DNA of 60,817 bases, counting the filler, from Dirinaria sp. TL-2023a (lineage: Eukaryota), in the NCBI GenBank assembly GCA_051941275.1. It is 3 parts of 3 records of this genome, joined end to end, with 100 filler letters (N's around TTAATTAATTAA, not from the genome) between each part and the next. Parts side by side here need not be neighbours in the genome. Positions count along the whole stretch, not along the records: positions 1 to 20,266 come from JAVEBF010000295.1; 2 more parts are not named here. The stretch is one strand, 5' to 3'. Position 1 is the first letter of the stretch; the number at the start of each line of letters is the position of its first letter. This document shows, piece after piece, positions 1 to 12,724 of the stretch. Both the position numbers and the translations under genes were made by a program. The notes beneath the pieces were generated by a model. That model was not told where the DNA came from and made no database searches. It worked only from the letters and a program-made list of their open reading frames with translations.

Positions 1-944
1 CCTCCCCCACCTTGTACTAATAAAAACAGATAGTCAAGACCTTGACTATCATTCTGATCCTGATTGCAATGATGACTTCGCGTAATTGGATGGGGAAAGT
101 CGGATGGGGAAATTTGGAAATTTGGGTTTGGAGTTTGTCGGGTGCTGGGTGGTGTGGGGATTGAATATGTCTCACATCGTAATTTTTTTTTTTTTTTTTT
201 TTTTGGGAATGAAGAGTTGGTAAGTGGATGGAGAGAGGGGGGAATGATCCGTGTCTTTTGAAAATTCGCGAGGGACACTGGGGAACAAAGCGGAATATAG
301 ATAGATGCTCTTGAAGCTGTATGCCCTTACCACTTGATGATACAGTCATTAACTCCTACCAAGTTCTTATTCCTAAAACGTTAAGAAACAGTCCATATAT
401 GATTTGGGATACGGTTATCGGTAATCGTTATGTTTGAAAGGGGGTGGGGTTGGGATGGGCAGATATTGAAATACCCGGTACGGTATATGGAATAGGGTGC
501 TGCGAGGAATTTTTTTTTTTTTTTTTGGGCGCAAATGCTGTTGGCATGATGAAATCGGAATATAGAGTTTAGAAATTTTCGAGATAACTACGTTGCAAAG
601 TGGTGGCTTAGCAGCATAAAAAGTATTTTTTCACGCTCAAATGGATTCTTTTTTAAGAATATATCTGGGGCATTTTTTGTCAGAGAGGTTACCACGTAGC
701 AAAGGTGGTGGTGTAGCGATAAAGTGTCTGTGAACAACTTTGGTCTTTCCAGCGTCTCACACCCACCCTATACGGATGCACCACTTTTTGCGGGCTCAAA
801 CATTGAGGTGTGCAGACTTTTTCTCTTTTTTTAAGCTGCCGGCATATTTCAAGTCTAGCTAAAAGAAAAAGAATATAAGCAAATTTATTACAATAAGTCC
901 TTAGGTCACTGGTCAGCAAGGCAGTGACTTAGCGGAACCGATCA

Positions 945-1953
945 TTCTACGCCAGCATTCCAGGTTTCGTCGCGCATGCGTGGTTGTGGAAATAGCAAGA
1001 AAGATTCGAAACTTTAACATCGCCTTCTCTTAGGTATGTGTCTTTATAGTTGTTGCCATCAACAGCAGTAACTTCCAGGCTGATCAGCGCGCTCAGCATC
1101 TGGGCAGCCTATGAATGACTAATTATTTCAACCGAAAGAGAGGGGGATTGATAGACCTACGAAGATGATCGAGAGCTGATCGAGTAGTGTAAGTTCGGAA
1201 TTGGTCGTAAGGATATGTCCATGGATTGAATGATCAACTTATATTAGAAAAATGTATATAGGAGTTTCACTAGGGGTTGATTACGGAAAGGGAGGTAGTA
1301 GTGACACGTTGAAGAAGAGCACCTACATTGTAAGAGAGCGACTTACCGAGAATATGCAGAAAAGTCGTAGCTTCCAGTGGCGAGTCATGCAAGACAGACG
1401 CGCTACCTTGAGTAGGCTGGTGATGAGTGAGTAAGTGCTGGTGAAATCAAATTAGTTCCGATTTTACCTGTCGAAACCTTTCATCAACTTCTTTTCTCCC
1501 TCAGGCCAATCGGAACGTCGGGTAACCCTTTCTGCCATAGCTCTTGCGAGCTCTTTGAAAGTTTCCTGTATGACACCATTACCAGCAGAACAACGTGGGA
1601 CAAATGAAGTGCTGACGAAGAAGCTTAGACCCAGGGCTAGAATCAAGACCGTGATAGAAATATTATAGGTATCCTTCTGGGCGGGTGTGAGAACGCCCTT
1701 GGCCCTGTGGATCGTGACAATTGTCACCACTAAGACCTGTCAGAATTCTGGTCGCAAACCACAGAGCAAGTAGCTTAAGAAACGTTCGTGACAGAAAAAC
1801 TCGGCTGTTCGGCGTTGCTGAATCCACGGTAACTTCGCTAGTTACGGCTCTGTCATCAAATGCATCGCTGCTGGCTGACCCTATGTGAGGATCGCTTGAC
1901 TTAGTCGCGCCTGTGCGCAGGAGATTCATCTCTATATCATCGTTCGTCGTCAT
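945..1953 (-). pseudogene. Degraded multi-exon gene for a fungal multi-pass membrane protein of unknown function
   Basis: ATG at 1953. The hydrophobic frame (..LLALWFATRILTGL) continues only after a one-base frame change near 1731 (VVTIVTIHRAKG..YNISITVLILALGLSFF). GT-AG introns then give ETFKELAR..GFD / STYSL..LFCIFS / a 15-nt exon LSIIF / AAQMLSALISL..VSNLSCYF, with an early TAG near 947 and AT-rich DNA beyond. Confidence 0.5.
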
Positions 1954-4368
1954 GATCTTGCTGTAGAGAGTCAATGAGAGCGTCTCGGCTTGAAGAGACG
2001 ATGCCAATGCGGAGTTATCGATCTCAATGTGCCTTTGCTCGAACTACGACGCCTCGCATTGAACTCAGGTTCGGTATCTGCATCGCGAAGTCATCGACGC
2101 AATTTGCGTTACACGGCAGCATCCAGATGCATTTCGAGTTGGTGCCAAGAACCAACCAGACCGTGCAGCTACAGCAGCATTTTCAGCTGCAAGCTCTGAA
2201 CCAGCGTTTCAAGGACTATAACAGCATGTTTTCATGAAGCAGTCAACAATTTCGTGGTTGCCAATGGAGCTAGCCTCGAAATGGATGCGAATTGGCTGCA
2301 CAGACTCGTAGTCGATTCCGACCCCTCTTGTCTTTCCATGTTGGCATAGAAGATCTCAGAGCATTAGGGGGCTTATCGCAATGTTCGCCACCGTTCCAGT
2401 GGCGCGCATATCGCGATGACATACATGGATTGCAGATCAGAAAGTATTCTTGTTCAACCAACGTCGCATTTTTTGCGTTGGAAAGTCGAGTGAACGACCT
2501 TTGCTGTAATCGATTCAGCATCGAACCATCTCGGAGCGAGGGTCTTGCTCTCTGTACCCCGTACGATAGAGTCTACGCTCCGGCTAGGGTTCATAGTATC
2601 ACGTGATAATTCGTCACTTACGGTGTGCTGTCTCTGAACATCCATCATTGGTATCGTTAAACAGACAAGACCCATGTTAATAAAATCATCTTGTCCTCAC
2701 GTGTACCGTATAATGTACTCGGCAAGCCTCGACAGGCTTCCCAATCGCCCTTTCTGTCCCGCTCACGCAATTGGCTCAAGTTGTCACGAACAGTCATGGA
2801 GCTCTAGCGATCAATCTTCATCGACGATGAAGATTATCACTGCTAACTGAAAGCGTAACATGTTCATGCGATCTGAAGTCTTGGTATTGGGTGGGAAAGC
2901 GAATAGGATGGAGGAAAAAGCAAGCAAAACCCCTCACATTAGCGTTGGCTATTTGACGCGCTCCACCATCGCCGTCAGGTTCATCGTAAGAGAAAAAGGG
3001 GGGGTTCGTGATGGTTGCATCCTTTCCCGAGGTGGTGTAACTGGCTGCTTTAGCGTTAGCTGCGCGTCGCCCATTTAAGAACAATGTGATACCCAAACCA
3101 AGCATGGGCAGTTCCCGATCAGCTCGCTCAAGACAGAAACCAACAGATGCTTCACTTTCTGAGCAGCATCGTGCTCACGGTCCTCGTCCCGCTGAATTGG
3201 AGACGAGCTTCGAAAAGGAAGACCGCCCAGTGATTAGCTTCTCGTGACGGGTCTGTTGCCTCGTAGTAGCTTCATTCCCCAGCCAAGCGGTTCAGCCGGG
3301 TGGGAAATGGCATGCAAAGCGACCTCTGCCCGTCACATCAGCGATATGAAAGGGAAAATCACTTCTATAGTCGGATAGGTGTGGCTGCGTATCTGTGATC
3401 GGAAACTCTTCATGTCCTGTCTCGTGTAAGGTTAATGCTTGACACGAGAGAAATGAAGCAAACAAGGAGTGATAGCCACATAGTACTTATTAGAATGTTA
3501 TCCGCGTTCGTCAACGCTTGAAGCATCATTTCCTCTCTGTCCCACTATTTTGATCGCTTAACGCCCTTGCTTGGAGTGACATAAGCGCATCCTTTGATGC
3601 CGAAACAGCCCACAGAAGCTGCGGCGTGATCCAGCGTAACAGTAACTCGTCTTACGTGCATTTGCTGCAGAAGACCCCAGGAAGACCGCAATTCATCACG
3701 GGACTCTTATGCGGCTCCCTTCATGGCTGATAATCCGCAGCACGTTGTCGGGGAGTGGACGCAGTGGCTTCTTCCCATGAGCAATCCTTCTGAGCATTTC
3801 CGCCTTGCTTTCAACTATACGGTTAATTCAATGTTTTGTGATTCAATGGGGCTTCCCGGAAGGCATGATAGCTCCAATGCGCAGCGTCTGCCAATGGGCG
3901 ATCAGCGCACAGGCTTCCCAGGGCACGAAAGTCCGACTGCGGTTTATGGCTGGTCGTTGGGCCTCACCGCAAGGGTCTGGGGCGACAGAATTATGTCTCC
4001 CAGGCTTCCATATTCGACGAAGTGATGCCACTGAGTCCTGCCCCTTGTCTTATTCTGTCCTTGCTAATCGTGCAAAAGCAATCATGCCGACAGTACTTAG
4101 CGAGTTCCATGTACATGGCTAGTTCCGTCTCTTGACCGGCTTTGACGAGGCCCTAAATCCCCACTTCCTCAGCCTTTCATGGTCGTCTTTCTTGCTTGTC
4201 TCAATGACACATTTCCATCAATCTTTCCACGGATCTTCTGCTTGGGACGGAGCGTCTTTTTTATCTTGGAGGAAGTGCCTGCTCTAGCATCCTCCAAGCG
4301 GTGCATAGATTAGTCCTCGTAGCAGGACGAAAAGGCGGAAACAGAGAACTCCCAAACTGGAGTCAACA

Positions 4369-6815
4369 ATGCTGCAACCGTATGCCGTACAGCACAACTT
4401 CGGCGGATTGGACCCATCAGACACCGATACTACTGACGGAGCAGTGGCTTGGGAGTCTACCCCCAGTAGTACTCAATACAAGCCTCAACAGGAGACAGTA
4501 AATTCACAAGCAGTTTCCGGCAAATTCAACGCCTCGCCCCAACCGATGAGCGAGAATATCTCAAACGACGATCTCATGGCAGATTTGCTCGAATCTAACT
4601 TACGGTCGCCTCAGCTTATGAAGACTTTCTTTGCGATGCCTATTAATGGAGGAGAGCCGAACAACGAATACCCGGCGTCGGGTCACCTGGGATTCGGAGG
4701 CACCGCTGTGGCCAGTCAAAAAATGGATCCAGGTCAAGGAATAGGGGAGTGGGACTCACATGGTTAGTGCTTTTGAAGACCAGAAAGGCTTGAGCTGATA
4801 TTACCAGATACACATCAGCCCGTAGCCTACACCCAGACATTAGGATACCCTGGCGGAACATACCATACTGATGGTAGCACCAACTATTCCCGAATTTCCG
4901 ACAATATCAGTGCAGCCATCGCTCCTATGCACTGGCAGCAAGAAGACCGAAGATACACATGGGATCAGGGCGAGCAGTCGGTGCCGGCGATCCCCAGATA
5001 CGAGCTTGGCTCTCGAACTGGACCATGGTCCCAATATGAAATCGATAATAATCAGATGCGAGGCCAACCTTCTTCTGAGGAAAGCTTGTTTGCGTTTGGA
5101 GCAGACGTAAATGCATTCACACTGTCTCCTTTTGGAACGCCACATTATCAAGCTGTGACAGAGCAATACATATACCCGATGTCTCAACCGACCGCCTTGC
5201 CGACTGTATCGGCTATGGAGAGTGAAGATGACCATGACACGATTGACCGGCCGCCTCCCGACAATCCTGTTGGACCACCACCTCAGTTCGTTTCAAAAGG
5301 GCCTAGAAAACGCTCCCTGAATCCAGCTCAGAGAGCCAACGCTGCGCAAATGCGTAACATACGAAGTTGTTGGAACTGCGCACTGTTGAAGTACTCAGTG
5401 GGAGTCCCATCGAGCACGGAAAAGGAACGGACGAGGGCTAACTGCGAGACGTAGTGCAATGATGGAGGGACATGCAAACGGTGCGAACGGAAGCGTATCA
5501 CGTCGGCGATCTGGGAGTGTGATCGGACATACCTCCCTGATTTGACTAATATCTTCATCCCCGGTACTTCTCTCCACCAATAAACCTTATGCTATCGAGC
5601 TGACGGCCTCCTAGCTAGCTTAACTGGTCAACATCAACCAGAAAAGCTTCGCGAGTTCTGCAAAGCACAAGTTCTGCGTTGGACTGAGAATCGTCTCACG
5701 GTGTATATGACTTGGGGCTATGGGAGGCCGATCAGATGCGAGGTCCATGAGATCGAGCCCCGAGGGGACGACCTCCTTTTCCAGAACCAATATCGACTTA
5801 ACCTCACCACTACGAGATATGATCTCTACAAGGTACCATCTCCGCCGCTCGGGTTCATGTTGCTCGACGTTCTCCCCTGGCGAGGAAAGCTGAATCGTTA
5901 CCTTGACAACCTTCTCCAGACGGAGTTCGAACATTTTCCAGGAATGTGCTTCCGTGGTAGTGAGTGCGCCGTGCAGAGGGATCTGCTATATCCTATGCAT
6001 GCCTATCACCTTGAGTCCAATGGCATTGTAAGTCATCTTTGCCGTGGTGGTAATTGCTTCACTAACCATATTTGTACAGCCTTTACCTCGATGGTGCCTA
6101 AAGCTGATAGTCATTACCCACATAATGACACACTGCCTTACCTTAACGGAAGACACTCGCGCGGATGTCTATTGCAGTCTGGTCAACCGTCCAGATACCC
6201 CATACGGGCCTCTAACGTGTCCACGCTGGCTAAACAAGGAGTTGAAATTCCTGATGTCCAAGTTACATATCGATTTGACAAAGCATGTGTTGGAGCTTCT
6301 TCACAAGAATTTGCGAGACTGCAAGGAGAAAAGGCTGCTGTGGGCAGCAGCCTTCATTGGGCTCCTCACGCTCACAATGCTCACAGAGTCCATGCAAGTC
6401 TCTATCCGCTGCAAAGAAGAGACTGATAAGGATATGGGGACGCTTCCAAGAAACGATAGCACAGCAGAGTCGGATATCAAGCTTATGGACGAGACGCTAG
6501 ACCGCCTCATGAGGATCTTTTGGAAGAAATACGGTATCAAAGAGCGTAAGGATGGCAAAGCAAAGGTTGAGTTCAACCCGGTCAAGGACCTCAGCGATCG
6601 AGGCTTGCTAGATGAACCTGCACGAATGTTCGCCCGCGACGTTGATCGTGTCATTGGGAACTACCGTGAGTCGACCTGTATGATGAGTGGAAGCAGGACT
6701 GATTTAGGTTTTAGGTCCTTTTCTTAAATCTCGAAAGGACCTTGCCGGTCCGCCGTCGACACCTAACGAGCCTCGAACTTCGCGATTAGTCGCGAATTTC
6801 TTGCTGTCCTTCTAG
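4369..6815 (+). CDS. Zn(II)2Cys6-like fungal transcription factor (6 exons; internal, atypically spaced Cys cluster)
   Basis: ORFs 4369, 4927, 5701 and 6044 join through GT-AG introns (~4762-4809, 5398-5454, 5563-5614, 6028-6079, 6666-6715). The spliced motif is RKR..RNIRSCWNCALLKYSCNDGGTCKRCERKRITSAIWEC (C-x2-C-x6-C-x5-C-x2-C-x11-C). TAG at 6813-6815. Confidence 0.8.
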
Positions 6816-8243
6816 AGACTTTGACCGCACTAACGGATCTGTACTTAACGCGGTAGAGTATATTAGTAAGCCGTTTCCTTCGCAACACTTAGAGAAGTAT
6901 AATGAGCTAATGAATCAATAAGGTGCATTATTCAAGGACACAATAGTTGAAGCACCGATTCTTTTAGTCAATTCGCCGCACGGCAACACCCAGAAGGAAG
7001 AAAAGCCCCAGCACTGATTTGATGTGATAACACGAGACCCTCTCAGCCCAGGAAAAATTTAGATCAAATCAGGGCAGAAGATCCGCTTGGCATTGCAATG
7101 CTGCTGACTTTCCCAATTGAGGGTGACTTGGGTGTTGCGGGATATTCAGATTCCAAAGCTGGTGGGTAATATGAACAATGAGGACGCTTCCCTTAGACGA
7201 TGTGCTTAGCCAAATGACGGAGGAGTCAGCTGTTTGTCTGGCTTGCGTGCAGGTCCTAGAATGGCCCGGTCCTGCCAAAGCTAGACGGTGGCATTGAGTA
7301 TGTGAGATAGTCTTTGCGAAATAAAGTACGAATTCGCTCACCTCCGAGACTCGCGAAAAAAAAAGAAAAAAATTTGCTAGCTGCTGACTAATCCAAGACA
7401 CTTGCTTCTTCGCGTGATTTGCCACACTGCAAATAATTTTCCTACTCATCCAAGGGCTCATAGTATCAACGATCGTATCTGCTCGAAGCCCCCAGAGAAA
7501 AGCCCGTGCTTTGATCCGTCACACGAGCGGTCTATATCGACATTCATCAAGTACAAATGCGCATGAGGTTGCTGCAAAGAAATCCACTCGCCGAGGTCAC
7601 CGGAGTTACCGAAAACCACTACTCCGGTCTCACCTTCATATATCGGGTACAAGTTACATGCCCGAGACACATCCAACAATCCTAAAATGCTGCGCTTAAT
7701 GGCAGGCTCTTGTAAGAAGCTGCCATGATCGTCAAGCTTCCACACCGCACCGTCGCTGCTAGCAACAGCTGACTCTGGCAACGACATGTTCAAGGTGCCA
7801 GCAACTGCGCTTGGGCCTTTACGAGTATTTGCCAGAGGTTTTTGATGATGGTTTCGCCCATAACGCTCAGAAATGAGACTGCGAGTTCCATATTAGTCTC
7901 AATGTTTATCGCTTCATGTGAAGCCTCATATGCTTCGCATAGGAGATCGCAGATAGTTATGGCGCCCTTGCTGAGCTAGCGGATCACGCACTTATTAATA
8001 ACCTCTTAACCAAGGCGAAATGGTATACTGCACAATTATTTCTTTAGGTGCTACATTAGATTTTATAAAAAGGCGCAAGAAAAAGCGCAATCCCTGCTTG
8101 TCTAGATGTCGCTCCAGATAATCCCAAAAACAATCTTATCCATCATTATCCCCGTCTATCAACCCTATGGACTGTACCATGACATCCGCTGTAATTTTCT
8201 GCCTCTTCACACCCCATCATTCCAGTCTCTCATACTTAGGCTT

Positions 8244-8595
8244 TCACTGCCAACGGTGCAGGAAGCAACTAAAAGAGCCAGCGCCTTCCCAACGCTGGCC
8301 ACTTCTCCACAACACAGCGTCGACTTGCCTTTCTGGAGACATGAAGGCGAAGTAACCGTTCAACTCGGTATTCAAGCTGTTGGTGCTGTTGCGGATAGAG
8401 TTTTCCAGTCTTTCCGTGTTGGGCGAGTTGGGCGGTTGCTTTCGAAGCTCGATGTACTGCATTCGGAGTGATTCGGCCAGAGCGACAATCACGGATTCGC
8501 GCATGTTCATTTCGACACTTGAGCCTGTTGTATCTCTGGTTAGCCTTGCAAATCCTTTGGCTGGGAACTTTTTGGGTTAAGTACTCACGGGACAT
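8244..8595 (-). CDS. Small (~96 aa) helical hypothetical protein, 2 exons
   Basis: ATGTCCC|GTGAGT...GCTAAC...CAG|GCTCAAGT splices in frame into ORF 8244..8510, giving MSRSSVEMNMRESVIVALAESLRMQYIELRK... Confidence 0.55.
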
Positions 8596-9955
8596 GGTCG
8601 AATATTGAAGGTCTAAGGAAGGTAGTTGATGTCTTGACTGGAGTTGGATTTAAGTGGTTATCTCTCAAGGGAAAAATGGAATGATAGATAGATAGAGATT
8701 TCGTTGTAGAACCAATTCGCCGACTGTGGATTCGGTGTGTGTGTGAGTGGCTCATACGGGGCTCTAGAAGTATATAACTTCTGGAAAACGAGCGCATAAC
8801 CATAATCAACAAAGAGATGTAGCCATCAGAGACAGACGTACAGACACATTTTGCAAAAACAATGAGCTAAGACTTTTCGACTTCCCTAGAACCTGAAGAA
8901 TATTTCGGGATCTGAAACCTGCTGCCATTTCAGACAGTTGCTTTGTCTTTGGACGTATATTACTTTGTGTGGTCTGATGTTGCAAGTTGACCGAGACAGT
9001 CTCTTTGTTTATTGATTCAAATTAATTTAAGAGTCTCATGAGAACCTGAGACATGCTCCTTTCTTTGACCGCTGTAGTTTCTGATTGATACTCACGTGAA
9101 TAGTGCGGTGCCAACGAGAAAGTAGTTTGGCATCACAATAGCAATTCTGTCTAGCTGAATTGATCTTCTTCTGCGCGAGAATAAGGCACTCCATATTCCG
9201 TACCTATCTATCCAATTGTACATAACTGTATCGTCGAGGCGGTATGAGTGGAAAGAGTGGGCTTTTGGAGCCCATGGCAATGACTGCCTTTTGGAAACCT
9301 TTCGCCATATGCGTAACGCTCATCCCCATCACCTGCGACTGCTCTGAAAGCTTGAAGCTGGAGCTAGAAAGAACTCTGCGCAGCCCGGTCACGAACCACG
9401 AGCTCAATCCGGACGTTCTTGCGACGGATCTCATAGCCTTGCAAGGAATGGCGTGGATTCAAGAGCCGCGGCTCCTCATCGATTTAGCGGGTTGCTATTT
9501 CTCTGCCTCGACTCTATCTTATCTAAGAAGTTATGGACGCTCGTCTCCGCCCTCTTGACAAGATAAGCGCAGTCCGTGACGAAACCGATGTTCCTGGTCT
9601 GTCGAAATGTGCGAAGCGGATGAGGCTGCTTGTGGCCGTGGTGACCTATGAATGCTATGCTATCGTTACAGCGATCGATGAGTGTATGAACTCATGTTTC
9701 CAGATTTAATGGAATACGCAGATTCGTCGAGCACTGGAAAGGGATACTTGGACCAATGTACTGATCTAGCCCCTTATAGGTACCGGTGCGGGATCCGCGA
9801 TCCGTAGGGTTGGAGCCGTGTTCAGAAATGAGGGTGAGAGGAAAGCGTTTCTTGCTTCATGATTGGGGCTGTATGCCAGGAATGCCGAGAATTCAGGGAG
9901 GGCTTGAGACTACCCATGTATGCTTTTATATAGGAAACAATTACTACTAACGTAG

Positions 9956-12724
9956 CTAATTAATACCATCATGCGCATCTACGAATTCCTCTTCATCAGA
10001 AACGCTGCTGTTGTTGGAGAATGAGTCCTTGCGCTCGTTGCAAACGTCTTTCGCGTCACGACCGTATCGCGAAACTTCAGCGTGCCGGCGCGCAGACTCC
10101 ATCAATCTAGCCCAGGCTTTCCGCTCCAGGTCCAATGACTGGCAAGCAGCTGCGCAATGCGCACCGCGGCATTGTAGAAAGCATTCGTTTGGCGAATGGC
10201 CATCTTTGTCTCGAGCTTCCGTTTCAAGTCCAGGAAGATCTGCTGCAGCGAGCAGGTTCAGCATCTCCATGCTTCCGTGCAAGGCGGCTAGATGGAGGAT
10301 ATTGCGTTCACTGTGATTAAACGTGCATAATTTTTCAATCTGCTCTCGTTCAATGAGTCAGAAAGTGGTGTTCTGTTTTGGCGATAATGAGAAGGGCTAC
10401 TCACGGGGAATTGGGCCAAAAAAGGGACTAAGACCGCCATGAATCTCAGACTGTTATTTTGTATTGCCAAACCGAGTGGCATGTCTCCATTACGGTTTGG
10501 GACGAAAAGCTTGTGGTCGTAACGCTCCAGCAAAGTCTTTGCGAGGGCGGCCTGGTCAGCGACAGCGACGTGGTGCATAATATTCGCACCTTCGTCGTCA
10601 CTGATGCAGACGTCTGCGCCCTTCTTGATCATAAGATCTAGCAATTCATGGTCGTCAAAATGGAGCAACGGAGTCCGTTGATGTTTGTCTCGCGCATTCA
10701 CGTTGCTACCTGCATCCAGCAGTACGGCCGCGCTTTCAAGACTATCAGCCCAGCATGCGCAATGTAGCGCTGTGAAACCGCAAATGTCATGGATTTGAAC
10801 GTCAGCTCGCCAGGGATCTCGAGTCAGAAGTCGTATGGCGTCTACCTCGCCATTTTCAGCCAACCAATGCAGAGGTGTTCTACCAAGAGCATCTTTGCTG
10901 TTGATATCGATGCACTCGGACTCCAGAAGGGCTTCATCGAGCCGTCGACCTCTTCGAGTCAGAGCAGCTGCTTTGTGCAGAAGCGTCCAGTTCAAGCGAT
11001 CAGCTAACTCTTCCCCGTCGATCTTAAGTGCATAATGATCGTTACCCCTCCGCGTTAAGACAGTCGTGGCGGCTGTTTTTTGATTCTCATCCGGCAGATG
11101 TTCATCGATACCGATGTCGACTAGGAAATTGAAGACGGCTGGTTGGTGGATCTTGGCAGCAACCTGTGTCCGCGAATCATGACGAGTGTTAGTATTATTG
11201 ATCTGCTAATTCTCTTGTCGATCAAGGCGCGTCCAGCAAGTAGAAGGTCTGAGAAAACTTGAGAAAATACTTACGTGCATTATAGACTGACCCCACTGGT
11301 TCCTCACGTGTACAAGGTTTCTATCATGCGACAGCAAATGCTGTAGCTGTTTAAGGTTTCCTGCTATGACGAGCGACCAGATTATGTGATCGTCTTCGGG
11401 TATAATGAGGGGTACATGAACAGATATTCTTGCACCAGCCCCAAAAAGATTGTCTAGATTCGCAGAAGCCATGACAGCTCTGGAAACTAGCCAAGTTGGG
11501 AAATAATAGGTGAACTGGTGCTTTCCGAAGCTCTTTCGGCAAGGAGAGTAGTTGCAACATCTCATCGAAATAGAAGAATTGTAAGCCCAGAAAAGCTGGC
11601 CAAACACAGATCTGAGCCATGGAGGAGTACGGACTGACATACGGCCGTGACACTGACACCTGCAACCACTCGGACACTGCTGTGACATTGTAGTTGCAGA
11701 AATGCGCACAGCCGAGGTGTTTCGAAATGCATGGGGACTGCGGAAATCACTGTCGGCGTTACCCACCAAAGTCTGACGCATTTCAGTAGTTTGGTTGCCA
11801 GCCAAAGTAATCTGCTTCATCTGAGCAAGGAGAGGCTGCGTAGAGGTTATCAAGATAGCCTCAAGAGCTGCAAGGTCTCGGCGTTTTTCATCGTGCATCT
11901 GGGTCAAACACGCATCCATGTGGGCTTCTCTCTGCTTTTGGTATACTTGCATTTGCTTCAGATCTTGTTGCGCGCCTTCTCCTAGTTGTCGAATTCCTTG
12001 CTGTAAATCCGACTGACGAGCTTCAAGCTCGCGAATGGATTCTTGGCTTGTAAGCGTAATGCTTTGAATCTGAAGGACTTTGGCCTTGATATTCTCACTA
12101 TCATTGTCCTTGATTAGCACAAGCCAACACTCGGAATATAAGCACTTCGCTTGCATTTCCTCCAGACCAAGCAACTCAAGCCAACCTCTTAACATTTCTC
12201 GCGAGTCTCGGATGTTCTGCTTGATGCGCTGGATTTCGGAACCAGCTCGAAGCCAGTATGTGCGGTTGACTTTTGGAAAGCCGCGGCCATCCATGAGATC
12301 ACTGCGCTGCAATCTGAAGCTAGAGACAATGCGTTAAGCTAGTGCGAAATGCCGCCTTGCACGCTAAAACCTACACGATCAATTGTTCAAACTCCAGGAC
12401 ATGAGCTCTGACAGTCTCAAGCACAGGCATGATGGATGCGTCAACCTTCAGAAACCCATCAGAACCACACCTGCGGTGAAGGCTACATTGCGTTTCAAGC
12501 AGAAGAGCTGGGGTTGCTGTTAGAATCCGTTCCTAGCATCACAGAACATAACACTAAATTAAGTTAGAATACAACTGACCTCTTAAGGCTTCCGCCTCGT
12601 TGCACAATTGCTGCAAGTGTTGGGGTGCCTTCCGTAAGGAAATTATCTTGTTGAGAGCATAACCCGAGCTCTCAGTAATTTGTAGGATTGCAATGACCGT
12701 CCCTATGATGGACAGGGGATCCAT
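9956..12724 (-). CDS. Fungal N-terminal HeLo-like/SesA-type helical domain + Cys-rich linker + ankyrin repeats (no NACHT/NB-ARC)
   Basis: The start MDPLSIIGTVIAILQI..LRKAPQHLQQLCNEAEALR is typical of fungal STAND N-terminal domains. A CPSGCRCQCH motif follows. Ankyrin motifs include GQSIMH, WTLLHKAA, GRTPLHWLA, GFTALHCAC, RTPLLH, GDMPLGLA and GHSPNE. Exons are joined by short introns, and no Walker A motif is seen. Confidence 0.85.

Noticed and set aside
2000..4300. Several 60-105 aa ORFs on both strands
   Set aside because: They overlap, show no recognisable domain and have no consistent splice structure; likely intergenic or promoter DNA.
7458..7793. 111-aa minus-strand ORF as a possible oxidoreductase remnant
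   Set aside because: It has no ATG at the called start, no motif I can name with confidence and no supporting exons.
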